Shown: positions 38,851-51,372 of the stretch, in pieces
How positions within the stretch are numbered: the stretch's first letter is position 1
Layout of the letters: the number at the start of each line of letters is the position of its first letter
Source of the DNA: Hormiphora californensis
Taxonomy: Eukaryota > Animalia > Ctenophora
Assembly: GCA_020137815.1 (NCBI GenBank)
Contig: CM035359.1
Location: 6,076,001-6,140,000 of the forward strand
Direction of reading: 5' to 3'
Length of the DNA stretch: 64,000 nucleotides
The notes under the pieces: model-generated
What the model saw: the letters and a program-made list of their open reading frames with translations, nothing else
Databases searched by the model: none
Told to the model about the DNA's origin: nothing
Position numbers and translations under genes: made by a program

Positions 38851-40436
38851 TGCAACTATCACTGTCTCTCTTATGACTCCCAATATATCCTTTGAAGAGA
38901 AGGAAGGTCTCCTATCCCACACCCCAATAATGTTATAGTACAGATGCAGTTAGCTGTCTATCAGTACGGTCTTTCCTCTCAAAAGGTCACCTCTGTAAAG
39001 GGAATACTTGCTTTGCCTGCCGCCTGGATCCTCTCTCACCGCACCCGGAGTGTTATAACATAACAAGAGAATATTGGGAGACACTAGACAATGAGGGATA
39101 GAACGCTTGTTCAGAATTATGGAAAGATAGCTCACCGACCGTAGTAAATTAGCTCGTTCGCGTTTTCCCCAATGCCATTAAACTTTCTTTCTTGACTCTT
39201 GTAATTGCGTGTACTTAATTCTGTTCAGGTTTGTACCGACCACATTTCAGCGACACCATAATAATGTGGTATCTCTCTCTCCCTGTGTTGCCGTATCTCT
39301 CTCTCTCCCTGTCTTGCCGTGGTTCTTGGCTATTTTTGATACACACCCAGTCACTCTTGTGCTGTCTGCCTGTTTCAGCGGTGTGACGCCCTGCATGTCT
39401 ATGGGTTGAGAAGGAGAGATAGAGAGAAAGAGGGAGAGAGGGAGAGTGAGAGAAAGAGAGAGAAAGGGAGAGAAAGAGAGAGAAATGCATTTATTGCGAA
39501 GCTCTCAGTACACCATTTTTGTGAAGTGTGTTTTGGTTTGAGTTTCTAGGTTTGGCTGTATTATCGAATATGTTTAATGTCACATCAAATGTCATTCAAT
39601 AAAATCGATAATGAGAAAAACTGAAACTAGAGAGTGAGCTGTAGTTTGACACACAAATGAGAGATATACTGGTCGAGTGAAATAACACGCTAGAAAGACG
39701 CATCTTATGAAAAAGAAAGATACGATCGAGCTCTCTAGGAAACTAATAACACTTTATGAAGCTTCATTTCTCATAGGCAGCTACATGCATCTCTTATTGT
39801 GCGTGTGTGAAGATGATATAGGTTACATCTTAGGTTAGAGCTAGGCTGAGAAGTTTCCATTTCGCTAATTCCGATCCCTATACAGATTACAGTTTAATTA
39901 TCGGTTATGGGCTGTATTCCCGTCCTTGTCCTGTTTCTAGTTCACTACACTATTTGGGTCAGGTGCTTCAATAATTTGATTCCCCTTCATACCTGCTGCA
40001 CCGCTCACATATTACAATCGACACAGTGTTTCGAGAAATCTGGGAATTATAACATAATATAATGCGCCTCAATGCGGCAACTGGTAACATTAAACTGGCC
40101 TCTTGTTATCAGCATTGTATCACCAGATAAGAACATGTAACGTGCTAGTCTTCTCACCTTCTTTCAGCATTGCTTCCTATCACTCTGTGTTTGTGAATCA
40201 GTAAATTGTTTTGAAAAGCGGTTATTTAATTAACTGAAGATCACGTTGTTTTGGTTAAAACTTTTTGCTGATTTTCGTTGATTGATGATTCAAGTGCTTG
40301 TTCTCGCTCCAGTTTTAACCGCTTAATTCGTAAATCTAAGAGACTTTTTCGGCCTATAAATCATATTATCGTGTCTTCAACTGCACTCAATGCCCTAATG
40401 GTCTAATATTTGTTCAAAATCACTGTTCCAAAGTTT

Positions 40437-41339
40437 TCACTGAACAATCAGAGGTCCTCTTTCCCCTTCCCCTTCCTCCCGTTTACACACCAAGGACCTC
40501 ACATAAAGGTAGAACCGTCTGTTGGTCATGGTATACAATACAGGATTAGCCACGACCCCAATACATATCATTGCACTTTGCGCTAGTGCATGCTCACTTG
40601 ACTCATTCTCCCTCCGTATTAAGACTTGAAAACTGCAGAATAGGTAGAATGACCAACTAGCAAGGAACACTGAAGTCAGGGTAACCACAGTCCTCAAGGC
40701 TTTGTAGTTGAACCCAGATTGGGGTGACAGACGTTTCTGGATGGCCACACCGAGCAGGAATGTGTTGCAGATAGATATCGTGATGAGGGGGATAATTACT
40801 ACTAGGATTGAAAAACACATTTCAGATGTAAAATCTAGCGAAGTTTTGTTAAAGAAGGTGTTCCGGCAATCACGCTCGATCGGATCGAAAACTAACTCCG
40901 ATCGTCCTGCGACCCATATAGCTGATATAAAGCCGATGGTAAGAAGCCACAAGACGACAAGAATTCCCCATACCAATCGAGGCGTGATTATCATGCTCCT
41001 GAAGGGAGCTAAAACCACGACAATTCTGTGGATGGTGATGGATGTTATAGTCCACAGGCTTATCATACCAAAAATATGTTTGCACCAATAGAACGCCCCA
41101 CAAACCTCCATACCAAAAGGGTTTGAGTCCGTTATTGAGGAGATGCAGGGTGGTAGGATACCCACAATTGTATAGAGCAAATCTGCCACTGCCAAATTCC
41201 GGACAAACATAACGGAGACTTCGTCCAAGTTGATTGCGTTGTATCGTACCGAGGAGTAGATTATAACTGTGTTCCCAGATAGCCCGAAAAGGGTTGTAAC
41301 GGTAAAGAACACAGCGGAAAACCATCGGAGATTCATCAT
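40437..41339 (-). CDS. Rhodopsin-class (class A) orphan GPCR, intronless CDS, 300 aa
   Basis: Seven hydrophobic segments; TM1 GN, TM2 NLAVADLL, TM3 Cys and HRI at the DRY position, TM4 Trp, ECL2 Cys, TM6 FLASW, TM7 NPVLY. Confidence 0.9.
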   Translation of the reverse strand: MMNLRWFSAVFFTVTTLFGLSGNTVIIYSSVRYNAINLDEVSVMFVRNLAVADLLYTIVGILPPCISSITDSNPFGMEVCGAFYWCKHIFGMISLWTITSITIHRIVVVLAPFRSMIITPRLVWGILVVLWLLTIGFISAIWVAGRSELVFDPIERDCRNTFFNKTSLDFTSEMCFSILVVIIPLITISICNTFLLGVAIQKRLSPQSGFNYKALRTVVTLTSVFLASWSFYLFCSFQVLIRRENESSEHALAQSAMICIGVVANPVLYTMTNRRFYLYVRSLVCKREEGEGERGPLIVQ

Positions 41340-42270
41340 CCTAGAATGATGGGGGTTAGGGAAACAGTGCCACCCCCTGAAACAGTCTAGTATAATGAGT
41401 CAGGAAGAAACCAATCGTGTCATAATAGGTGGATATATAATATGTAAGATCAGTATATAAGGAGGAAGCAAAGCAAAGGGAAACTCTTACCACCCACAAG
41501 TCGTGAGGAAGTTATTACAAGTATATTCCAGTTACTGGAGATGCTGTTGTTGAGTAGCTTATATAAGATGAAATGTCAGACCTATAGGCTGCCAACTCAT
41601 GTCATGCAAACGGCGGGTATGCTCCTATTATATATAGAGAGAGAGCCGAGCAGTGTGTTGAATCACACTGTGATTGTTGGACCACACTGTGATTGTTGTT
41701 TATGTTGAATGGGGCTCTAGTCCTGATAGGAGAGCTATAGAAGTGTGTAAATACAGCTAGCTTAGACCATCGATATAATATTACCATTCACCATCTTATT
41801 ACAGCTATATACCCTGCTAACTTAAATAATGCGCCAGTCCCACTAGCGCGCTCTCGATAACCAGCCAGTCCAGCGGCAGATTATTTCCCACTGGCAGGTT
41901 ATTTATTTTTAACTCCTATGTAACATTCAAAGTGTGTGTAAATGATCAGTTCTTACTAAAATACAAGGGGAACACTATGTGCAACACTTACACACTACAT
42001 TGGAGAGAAAGAAAGGACACATTCCGTCAATTACTCTCTCTTTATCTCCCCTTTTGTCTCACTATCTCTTTCTCTGTGTTATGTGTGACATGCCCCTTAT
42101 CAGGCTATTTCTTTCACTCTCTTTCCTTAGCAACTGCTTAGTAACTGTTACCAAACAGTGTACACTCAATTGTGAGGTGTTTTAACTATTTCTCAGTCCT
42201 CTTTGAGTGTTTTGATTAGTGTTCTCTCTCTTGTTGGTGTGTAATACTTGAAATAAACAACTATATAACC

Positions 42271-42457
42271 TATAAACTCTGACCACTGGCACGTTATTGG
42301 TTTAAACCCCTCCGCCTCTCCCTCGGCTCCGCCTCGGGATCGTCGTCGTGATTTAAACCAGTTTATCCGCCAGCGGCGGATAAACTCCAGCTAACTTCTC
42401 CCAGCGGCGCGCTGGGAGAATTTATCTGAAATAACGCGCCAGTGGCCAGAGTTTATA
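42271..42457. mobile_element. 187-bp multi-hairpin MITE
   Basis: TIR tataaactctgaccactggcacgttatt / aataacgcgccagtggccagagtttata enclosing three internal inverted repeats. Confidence 0.7.
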
Positions 42458-42471
42458 CCTCATATATATAC

Positions 42472-43207
42472 TAGTATAGGGACGAATCTTAATTTTTTGA
42501 CTCACTATTTGGTTCAAAGCAAATTCCGGTTGTAACCCACCTATTTTGACCCGCTGAACACGATCCCATCCATAGGCAAGCTCGCAAAAGTGAAGAAAAT
42601 GCCCAAATCGGCCACGCCCTTTTACCTGTATTTTCAGCCTGTAGCCAAAAACATAAATCCTCTTAGAATTGGAGTAGAGACAAATCTGAGGGCACTAAAG
42701 TGATCAGCGCCCTCGCATTAGTGGGGGTAGGTGCTAGAATTAAGTCTCTATCTCATCTGGTTAATTAGATAATTGGATAATTAAGTTTGCGCATAACCGT
42801 TTTTTGGCTATATGGCTATAGCCACTTAGGAATGGTTTAGAGACTTTTCACTGGCGCCATTTTGTAGGCAATAGCCAAGTTATGGGGGGTCGACGTCGGA
42901 CTTTTAAGCTCTATCTCCAACCGTTTAGCCGTTATTGGGCTTAATCGATGCTCAAAATGAGCGAAAAACGGTAAAAAGCCCTCAGATTTGTCCCTACTCC
43001 TATTCTAAGAGGATTTATGTTTTTGGCTACAGGCTGAAAATACAGGTAAAAGGGCGTGGCCGATTTGGGCATTTTCTTCACTTTTGCGAGCTTGCCTATG
43101 GACGGGATCGTGTTCAGCGGGTCAAAATAGGTGGGTTACAACCGGAATTTGCTTTGAACCAAATAGTGAGTCAACCACTTCTTTTTGTGAGAGATTCGTC
43201 CCTACTA
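42472..43207. mobile_element. Non-autonomous DNA transposon with ~200-bp TIRs (Academ-like by termini)
   Basis: TAG...CTA termini (tagggacgaatc / gattcgtcccta); 3-bp TSD tac (42469-42471, 43208-43210); arms about 42499-42693 and 42979-43172 are complementary. Superfamily is inferred from termini only. Confidence 0.75.
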
Positions 43208-43311
43208 TACGTTAGGTAATATACGTTGATTTCTCTATTTGTTTTGGAATGCACGAGCCAATATCAACTGCTATGCAGGATTTTCATCCTATCATCTCTC
43301 TCCCTCTCTCG

Positions 43312-43399
<88 letters not shown>

Positions 43400-43444
43400 T
43401 CTCTCTCTCTCTCTCTATTCAGCTCATCTTATTGTGAAGCATCA

Positions 43445-46400
43445 ATGGTATATATGGAGTCTGCCAACCTCATTGTAGTAGGGATATACCGCCCTCCTCC
43501 TTCCTTTTCAGATAGGGATAGGTGCTGTCCCCCGGAGCACTTCGACAAATGTTGCGATGCTGTGGTGAAATTTTGCCGCAAATTCCCAACATCGACCATT
43601 GTGATCACTGGAGACTTTAATCTCCCTTTTGTGAATTGGAACGACAACACCATAAATCCTGGCAGAAACGTATTAGCATCTGAGAGAGCAGCAGCCGAAA
43701 AGGTATTCTCTCTCATGGAAGATCTAATGTTGGAACAAGTTGTAACCGAACCTACCCGTGCAGGCAAGAATATACTTGATCTTGTAATGGTGAACAACTG
43801 TAATATGATCCACGATATAACAGTTTCTGGTACAACCTTGTCAGATCATGATATGGTGACCTGTGCTCTCATTCCAGGAGAACTCCCTGGAATAAATGGA
43901 ATGCTCTCCAAGAGAACTAAGAACAATGCATTTGTACCCAAGCTTACCTTTGATCGAATAAACATTCACAAGGCCGATTGGGACAAAATCCGTGATGACC
44001 TGATAGTTGCTGACTGGGAAATGGTTAATGCCGCTCCCACCCAAGAACTAGCATGGAGCATCTTCAGCGACATCGTAGCAAACGTGTGTGCCAGACATGC
44101 TCCAGAGCACGCAGCCTCTAAGAGTAAATCTTTTATCCCCAGAGATAGGAGGCTTCTTTTAAGGAAAAAGAGGCAACTCAATACAAGAGTCAAGGCAGTT
44201 AAACAGCTTAGACCTGATGACGTAACGAAATTGGAAGAATTAAACTCCAAGTTAAGTAATATTGAGTTAGAAATGGGATCTAGCATTGCTAATCAGGGGA
44301 TACGAGAGGAAATTACTGCCCTTAGCAAAATGAAAACGAATCCCAAAGCATTCTATTCTTACACTAATAGAAAAAAGAGTTCTGCCAGTGGAATAGGTCC
44401 CCTCAAAGACAAAGATGGTGTTTTACAAGCAGACCCAGTTGTTATGGCTAACATATTGCAAGAACAATATAAAAGTGTGTTCAGCCCACCGACTGCGACA
44501 GAACTGCAGACCAAGGAAAAACTTGCTCCAGAAAAGAAACTCAATGATGTCAATATAACAGCTGATCTGGTCTTAAAGGCGATACAAGACATCCCTCCTG
44601 GATCCGCACCGGGTCCTGACAAGTTCCCGGCTATAGTGTTAAAGGAGGCTGGTTCCCTCCTCTCGCCTGTAATGGCGAACTTATGGCGAAAGTCAGTTGA
44701 CACAGGTGATATAGCTCCTATTTTCAAACAACAGACGATTGTACCTGTGTTCAAAAAGGGAAGTAGAGCTTTAGCGGCTAACTATAGGCCGGTATCTTTA
44801 ACCTCCCACTTGGCCAAAGTAGCCGAACGAGTTGTCAGATACCAATTATCTGACTTCGTGGAGAATTCTGGTTTCTTTACTACTGCACAGCATGGTGGGA
44901 GAACCGGAAGATCATGCTTCACCCAATTGGTACAACACATTGACGATATACTTCATGACCTCGAACAAGGGTACAATGTGGATGTGTTATACCTCGATCT
45001 AAGCAAGGCATACGACCGAGTAAACCACGCTAAACTCCTTCAGAAGTTGGAGTCATGTGGCATTGGGGGCACCCTCCACAAATGGTTGAAATGCTTCCTA
45101 ACCAATAGGACTCAAGTCGTGGTCGTGAACGGCAAACTGTCAGCCCCCGCTGATGTCCTCTCGGGAGTCCCACAGGGCACAGTGTTGGCAGCCCTTTTAT
45201 TCCTCATTTACATGAATGATATCCCGAGTGCCACCCAACATTCCAAAATAAAACTCTTTGTTGACGATGCTAAAGTCCACAAAAGAATAGCCTCTGAACA
45301 TGATAGAGCTCTCCTCCTTGAGGACATGGAGAGAATTGATGACTGGGCTAAAAGGAATAGTATGGAGTTTAACACCTCTAAGTTCCAATTGCTACATCAT
45401 GGAAGCAACAAGGAGCTGAAAAAACCGTACACTCTCAAATCTGAGACTGAAGTCGAAAGTTCAGGAGAAGTGCGAGACTTAGGAATCCTGATAGATGGCT
45501 CCCTCTCGTGGAAGGCGCACATATCGGATATAGTTAAAAAGGCCAAGAAAATGGCCTCATGGATCCTGAGATCCTTTAACCCTTTGGGACCGATAGTGGC
45601 GCCATCGACAGAAATATCTGAAAATTGCTGGAGACACTCCTAACAAGCCTACTTGAAAGCAGAACCAAAAAACTCGTCTCTACGAACTTTGTTTCTGTGG
45701 GGTCACCAGTGACCCTATCGGTCTCAAATGGAATGCAAACAATTGAGATTTCGTAGCTATTTTGCCTCATAACTCGAAAACCGCTCATCTTAGACCCTAT
45801 GTTTCTTCATAACACTTATATAAACCCGGCCATTATGCACATTTTACACACCCTATGGACCTCTGTATCTCATCTGTAGCCGATTTTAGAATTTCAAATT
45901 GGCCGAGATGAAAATTTTTATGAAGGAGCACGAATCTCAAAAAAATTTTCAGCGACTCTCTAAGATGTATAGATAACACTGAGGGAGTCGGTTAGTCGCT
46001 AGCACCCGTTTGAAAAATGCCGTTTTGGACCTTTATCGGTGGCCAATCCTTTAGAAATGCACGTAAAATCCAAATTTCTATATTAGCGTTAGGGGACGAT
46101 AGGGTCACTGGTGACCCCGGCATTATTTGCCCTCTGAGCGTTGTAAATTTGATCAAATCATCACGAAACTTCATACCGGGGTAAAACCTATGGTTTTCTT
46201 TTGATTTGTAGGTCCATTATTGGCTTACTTATACCGTTTTAGAGATATGGCCAACTTTACACCAAAATTTCAACTTTTATGGCTTAGAGTTGGCATTTCT
46301 AGTAAACTAAGATGTTCAAAGCTTAAAATGACCCCAAAAACAGCCAAAAAGTGTCTATTCTAACCCGGAAAACCATTTAAACTTCTTAGATTTAGTTCGG

Positions 46401-47757
46401 ACAGACGCTAGATGCATAATTAGCGTGGGGTCACTGGTGACCCTATCGGTCTCAAAGGGTTAACACGAGAAAACCGGAACACATGCTCCTACTTTACAAG
46501 GCGTATGTAAGACCCCACATTGAGTATTGCTCATCGCTGTGGTCTCCCCATCTTATTGGAGAGATTGAACGACTTGAGGCAATCCAGAGATCCTTTACAC
46601 ATACTCTGGAAGGATGCGACAATCTTGATTACTGGGATCGTCTCAAATTCCTAGGGCTGTGGTCCCTACAAAGAAGACGTGACAGATTCAAGATCCTGAC
46701 TATGTGGAAGATATGGCGAGGTCTACTACCAAACCATACCCAGTGCCCCGAATTTCAGAAATCTAAAAAAATATTTTTCTAAGCCTTCAGCTAGGCTGCA
46801 AGATTCTATTCGCTAGGCTGCAAATTTTTGCTCGGTCTCGGCTGCTACGCAGCCTCGACCTCGCGACGTACGTCAGCATCGTAGAAGTTGGGCTAATAGA
46901 GAAAAAAAAGTGCCATTTTCGGGGCAAAATCATCGTGCAGCCCAGAATGGGAAAATTTCCTCAAAATTTTCTGCAGCCGGGCTGCAAGAATCTCGACACC
47001 GAAATACATATGTATTTCACACTCTAATGAGGGGGATGGGTATGTGACACCATTCTGGGACGCCCTGTTAGAGCATTGGCCTGACGGGGGACGCCTAATT
47101 AGCAAAATCATCGTGCAGCCCAGAATGGGAAAATTTCCTCGAAATTTTCTGCAGCCGGGCTGCAAGAATCTCGACACCGAAATACATATGTATTTCATAC
47201 TCTAATGAGGGGGATGGATATGTGACACCATTCTGGGACGCCTTATTAGCACTGTTAGCCAATACGGGATATTTTTTAAACACATGTGATTCGGGGAAGC
47301 TTATATTTCATATTTATATTTTCTGCAGCCCGGGCTGCAATATCAGTCGAGGTTATTTTATTTAGGCTGCAAAAAATCAGTCAGGCTGCAAATATTTGCT
47401 CAGAAAATTACACGGGTTTGCAATATCGGGGCACTGGGAAACCATAGCAACATAACATTTCGGAACTCCCCAAGACACGGGCCAAGTGCAGAACGTCCAC
47501 TGGGAAAGGCCACCTTGAAGAGCGTCAACACGATGATATATAACTCCTTTACATCATCTGCGATAGCACTTTTCAACGCTATGCCTGCCCATATGAAGAC
47601 ACAGGAATCCCTTGCCGGCGCTAAAAGCGCCCTTGACTCCTTCCTGGCTGGTATACCCGACAAACCTCCTGTCAAGGGCTATTGTTGTCCTAATAACAAC
47701 AGTGTGAGCAGCTGGTTAAGTACAGGCTTATCTACAAAGGTAAGACCTAGCGCTTAA
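43445..47757 (+). CDS. LINE ORF2 (APE endonuclease + reverse transcriptase) in three segments: 43445-45579, 46464-46738, 47447-47757
   Basis: Removing each MITE plus one TSD copy restores the frame (LRSFN|TRKPEHMLLLY and LLPNH|SNITFRNSPR), giving about 906 codons with no stop. The N-terminal SLSL part of the tracked ORF is microsatellite read-through. Confidence 0.85.
45580..46459. mobile_element. Non-autonomous piggyBac element (880 bp) nested in the LINE
   Basis: TTAA TSD (45576-45579, 46460-46463); TIR ccctttg(g/a)gaccgatag; internal copies of ggggtcac(c/t)(a/g)gtgaccctatcg. Confidence 0.92.
46739..47438. mobile_element. Non-autonomous DNA transposon (700 bp, 8-bp TSD) nested in the LINE
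   Basis: TIR cccagtgccccga / tcggggcactggg; TSD aaaccata (46731-46738, 47439-47446); internal direct duplication with about 180-bp period. Confidence 0.9.
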
Positions 47758-47793
47758 GCGCTAAACCGTTCTTCATAGGTTTTCATAGGTTTT

Positions 47794-47841
<48 letters not shown>

Positions 47842-47980
47842 CACCAACGTGCCCCCAGCATCAACATCTCACCACGTGCTCAACTTTGTATTAATATTTG
47901 ACCCCTCTCACTTGTAATTAACAACACGGCTAGATTGGGATTGGGGGCGAGAGGAAGAGAAACATACTGTGATAGGCTCT

Positions 47981-48029
<49 letters not shown>

Positions 48030-49349
48030 AAGAGAGGGGGAAATAGAGAGGAGAGAGAAGTTCCTCTCTTCGTGTCATTAATCTTCGTGATCACTGCTGC
48101 ACCGCAACACAGACTGCGTGGTGGGATTGCACCTGTTAGACATGTGGTTAAGAATCTGGTGACGGCTCTGATACCCCCACACTATCTGATATCTGAAATT
48201 TGTGTGGTTCTGTGAGGGTTCGGTAGATCTATATCATATCTGATCTCCTAGAGATCTCCCGGGGACTTCTCTACGAGATCTCCGGAGCTGCAAGGGAGGC
48301 CGTAACTCTTAATTTTAGATATTCAGGGTGATTGTAGGACTCTAATAGCCCAATTAGACCATCAGAGAACACTCATAAACATTATATACACTACTTGTTA
48401 CATGAGCTTGATTTTTCAACATATATGATTTCAATTCTATCCACTCACTCCTCTTCTAACCCAACAAATCGCTCTCAATCAGACCACGTGACAATTACCC
48501 GGCCAATAGGATAACACCATTTCCACCACGTGACCATGTTTTCTATCATGTAAGAGGTCGATATATACCCACACTGAGGGGCAGGTTTAATTTAACTTTG
48601 TGTGTGTATACTTTAGGCGGGGTATAATAGCTGCACGCTTTGTTGCAAATCATTTGTGGGAGAGGGGAATGATGAACCTTTTTTTATAGACAGTGTGTAT
48701 CAATAAATCATGCTCATATATCCATCCAGTATTTTGTCTTGTTGACCACCCTGTAATGACAAAATTTGTACTTTACTTTTCTCAAACTCGATTTGGCAGG
48801 CTTTTACCTTTTACCTCGTGTGTAGCGAGTGTGTGTGTGAAGCTCGAGTGAGAGATTGCATCCATTCCGACAAAATCATATTTCTTTGATGTTTCATTCA
48901 AATCAAGTAGCATTTCATTTATACACTTGCACTCTAGGGCAGTATTCTTTGTATCTTCGCTATTTTCTTTGTCATTCCATATCTCTTTCATCTCCACATT
49001 TCTTTACCTGTCCTGCTAGATTGTCCTTATAAAGCCATCACATGTTATATGTTGCTGTTAGAGTTATTAGTTATATGGGATTTACTAGTAGAAACTGAGG
49101 ATCTCGAAACGAAGAATCTTGGAATTTGAAGTTGAGAATTGTACCTTTAGCTTCTCCATGATCAACAGGCACCACGCGAAGGCGTGCTCTACCGTTCTTT
49201 TCGTGCACGTTTTCCCAACGATTAACAGTATTTACATGATGTGTGAATTGTGCTAGGGGGATTTGGGTCTCTTTATACTGTACCTTACCCCGCTCTATTT
49301 GATTGCAACTAATTGCTAGTGACGATACAAAGCCCCATTTTGTATCTCT

Positions 49350-49438
<89 letters not shown>

Positions 49439-49439
49439 A

Positions 49440-49487
<48 letters not shown>

Positions 49488-51336
49488 GATCCCTCACTTA
49501 TTTGTTTGCTCTTTATCTCTTTCGTGATCTCGATTTGGTAAAGGGAGCTTTTAACATGTATACCTTTTGGTAGCACGATTGAAGTCCGCGTTCCACGACG
49601 CCTTCTCTTTCCTTCCGTCCTCACGCCTCTCTCGGTCTCTCTCTCTCAGGTCGTCGGGTGACTCTCGGGGGGTTCGTTGGTCCTTCCTCTCTCTCTCGCC
49701 TCATTCTCTCTCTCTCTTCACTACTCTCTCTTTTTCTCTATCTCGTTCTCTCTCTCTCGGGTCTTCCTCTCTCTCTCACTATGTTGCATCCTCATTCACA
49801 CGTTTCCACACGCCTCGACCCGCGGGGCGTATCAACCCCCATTCTTTTGACACAGTGAGCTCTAGCTAAGGGCGCTTGGATTTTACATTTCAGGGCTAGT
49901 GTCAATACTCATAGCTAGTGATTCGTGACGTTTCCACTATTGTATTGGGGGGCGCTTTTGAAGAATTGATTGGAAGACTTTTCAATCATTGTGGTGAAAT
50001 CGTGATTGCCTGACCCATTCTAACATCTTAATATAACAGATGAAAGGGCTAATGGCCGTTCCGTGGTGGCCCTTAATTTACCGAACTTTTTGGCGCGTAT
50101 CCATTGTTTTAGATTATTGGCCTATATCTCTATATATGTTTGGTTCTCGCTCTCGGTGTGTCTCTCGTCTGTCTCTCTCCCCTTATCCTCTCCTCTATAT
50201 TGATATACTAGATTGCTATCATCTGCTGTCATCTACACTCTCACTCTCTTCTCTCAATCGTCTCTCCACTCTCTCTCTCTTCTCCTCTCTCTCGTCTCGT
50301 CTCTCTCTTCTTGTCCTCTCTCTCTGTCGTTTCACATATTCAAACTTATCTTTCTCGGTCCAGTCTCAACTCTGCATGTTATAACAGCTGCCTGCATGAT
50401 GCTGTGCAGCGTTATTATCGCGTACGTGTAGTTTCCGATTAATAAATGAGTATGTGGATAACTGGGAGGGTAGAGAGAGTAGAAAGAGAATTGAGAGACT
50501 GGGGGGAGGGAGTGTGTTACTGGTGGTAGTAGCTGCTGATACTTAGACACACCTGCCCGGGCCTCTACAGCAGCTGCCATGGGTCTTCTTCTTCTTCTAA
50601 AAAGACGATAGTTCCTACTTGAATAGTGCATCCCCGAAAATACCCTTTTCCTATCATCTCACTGGTTTAGAAGAAATTCCATTATAAACTCTTTTTGGCG
50701 TTGCCTCTAACACAAATCAATTAGCCGCGACCCATTTTAGCCGCGACACTAACTATCTTATTTCTTCTTCTGACTTCTGAGCATGGAACTGTTATTGTTG
50801 TTCTGAGCTTTCTAACTCTTGTTACTTTTGGTATTAAAGTTAACTGTTTTCAGTTTTGTTATACCATATTTTTAGTCAAGTCTGAACAACTCAAACCCGA
50901 GTGTGATAGATGTTAAAGAGAAAATGTGTGTGGAGAGACAAAGACAGAGAGAGGCGTCAGATGATCTAGCCAGAATGAACATATGTTTTTGTGTTGTTCT
51001 TTCACGAACATCCTGTTATAATTTACCAGTTTTTTACCACAATGAACAAACGAATCATGCCGCGCCTAGAGTCTTTTCTCTCTATTTATCTCTCTCCAAG
51101 CGCATATCAAATCATCACTATTTCTTACTTGCCTCGTTATCTCCTACATTCTGACCGATTGTACGGTCTAACTGAGTTTCTATAACGTTCTAAACTCTAA
51201 ACCACTTGCAGTACCAATTGGCTCTCCCAGTACCCCTTGTCTCCGATCTCCACTCCAGTCTCCAGGCTAGAGGTCATTAAATTTACTTGTCAAATCTTTA
51301 ACACACGCATACTAATAGAAATAGATCGTTTTGGCA

Positions 51337-51372
<36 letters not shown>

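Larger units (their letters stand above)
43420..47793 (+). mobile_element. 5'-truncated non-LTR retrotransposon (CR1/L2 group) interrupted by two nested MITEs
   Basis: APE motifs GIYRPP, TGDFNLP, PTRAGKNILDLV, SDH; RT motifs NYRPVSLTS, YLDLSKAYD, SGVPQGTVL, LFVDD, RDLGI; CR1-like C-terminus; 3' tail (ttttcatagg)x2; (CT)n on both flanks. Confidence 0.92.

Noticed and set aside
40437-41339. GPCR as an opsin
   Set aside because: No Lys at the retinal-binding position six residues before the TM7 NP (the residue is Cys).
43226-43444. N-terminal extension of the 805-aa RT ORF
   Set aside because: Read-through of a (CT)n tract and flanking DNA; the LINE is 5'-truncated inside the endonuclease domain.
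48780-50631. Scattered minus-strand exon-like segments (e.g. 49090-49300; MAAAVEARAG near 50580)
   Set aside because: No recognisable domain and no phase-consistent exon chain could be built by eye.
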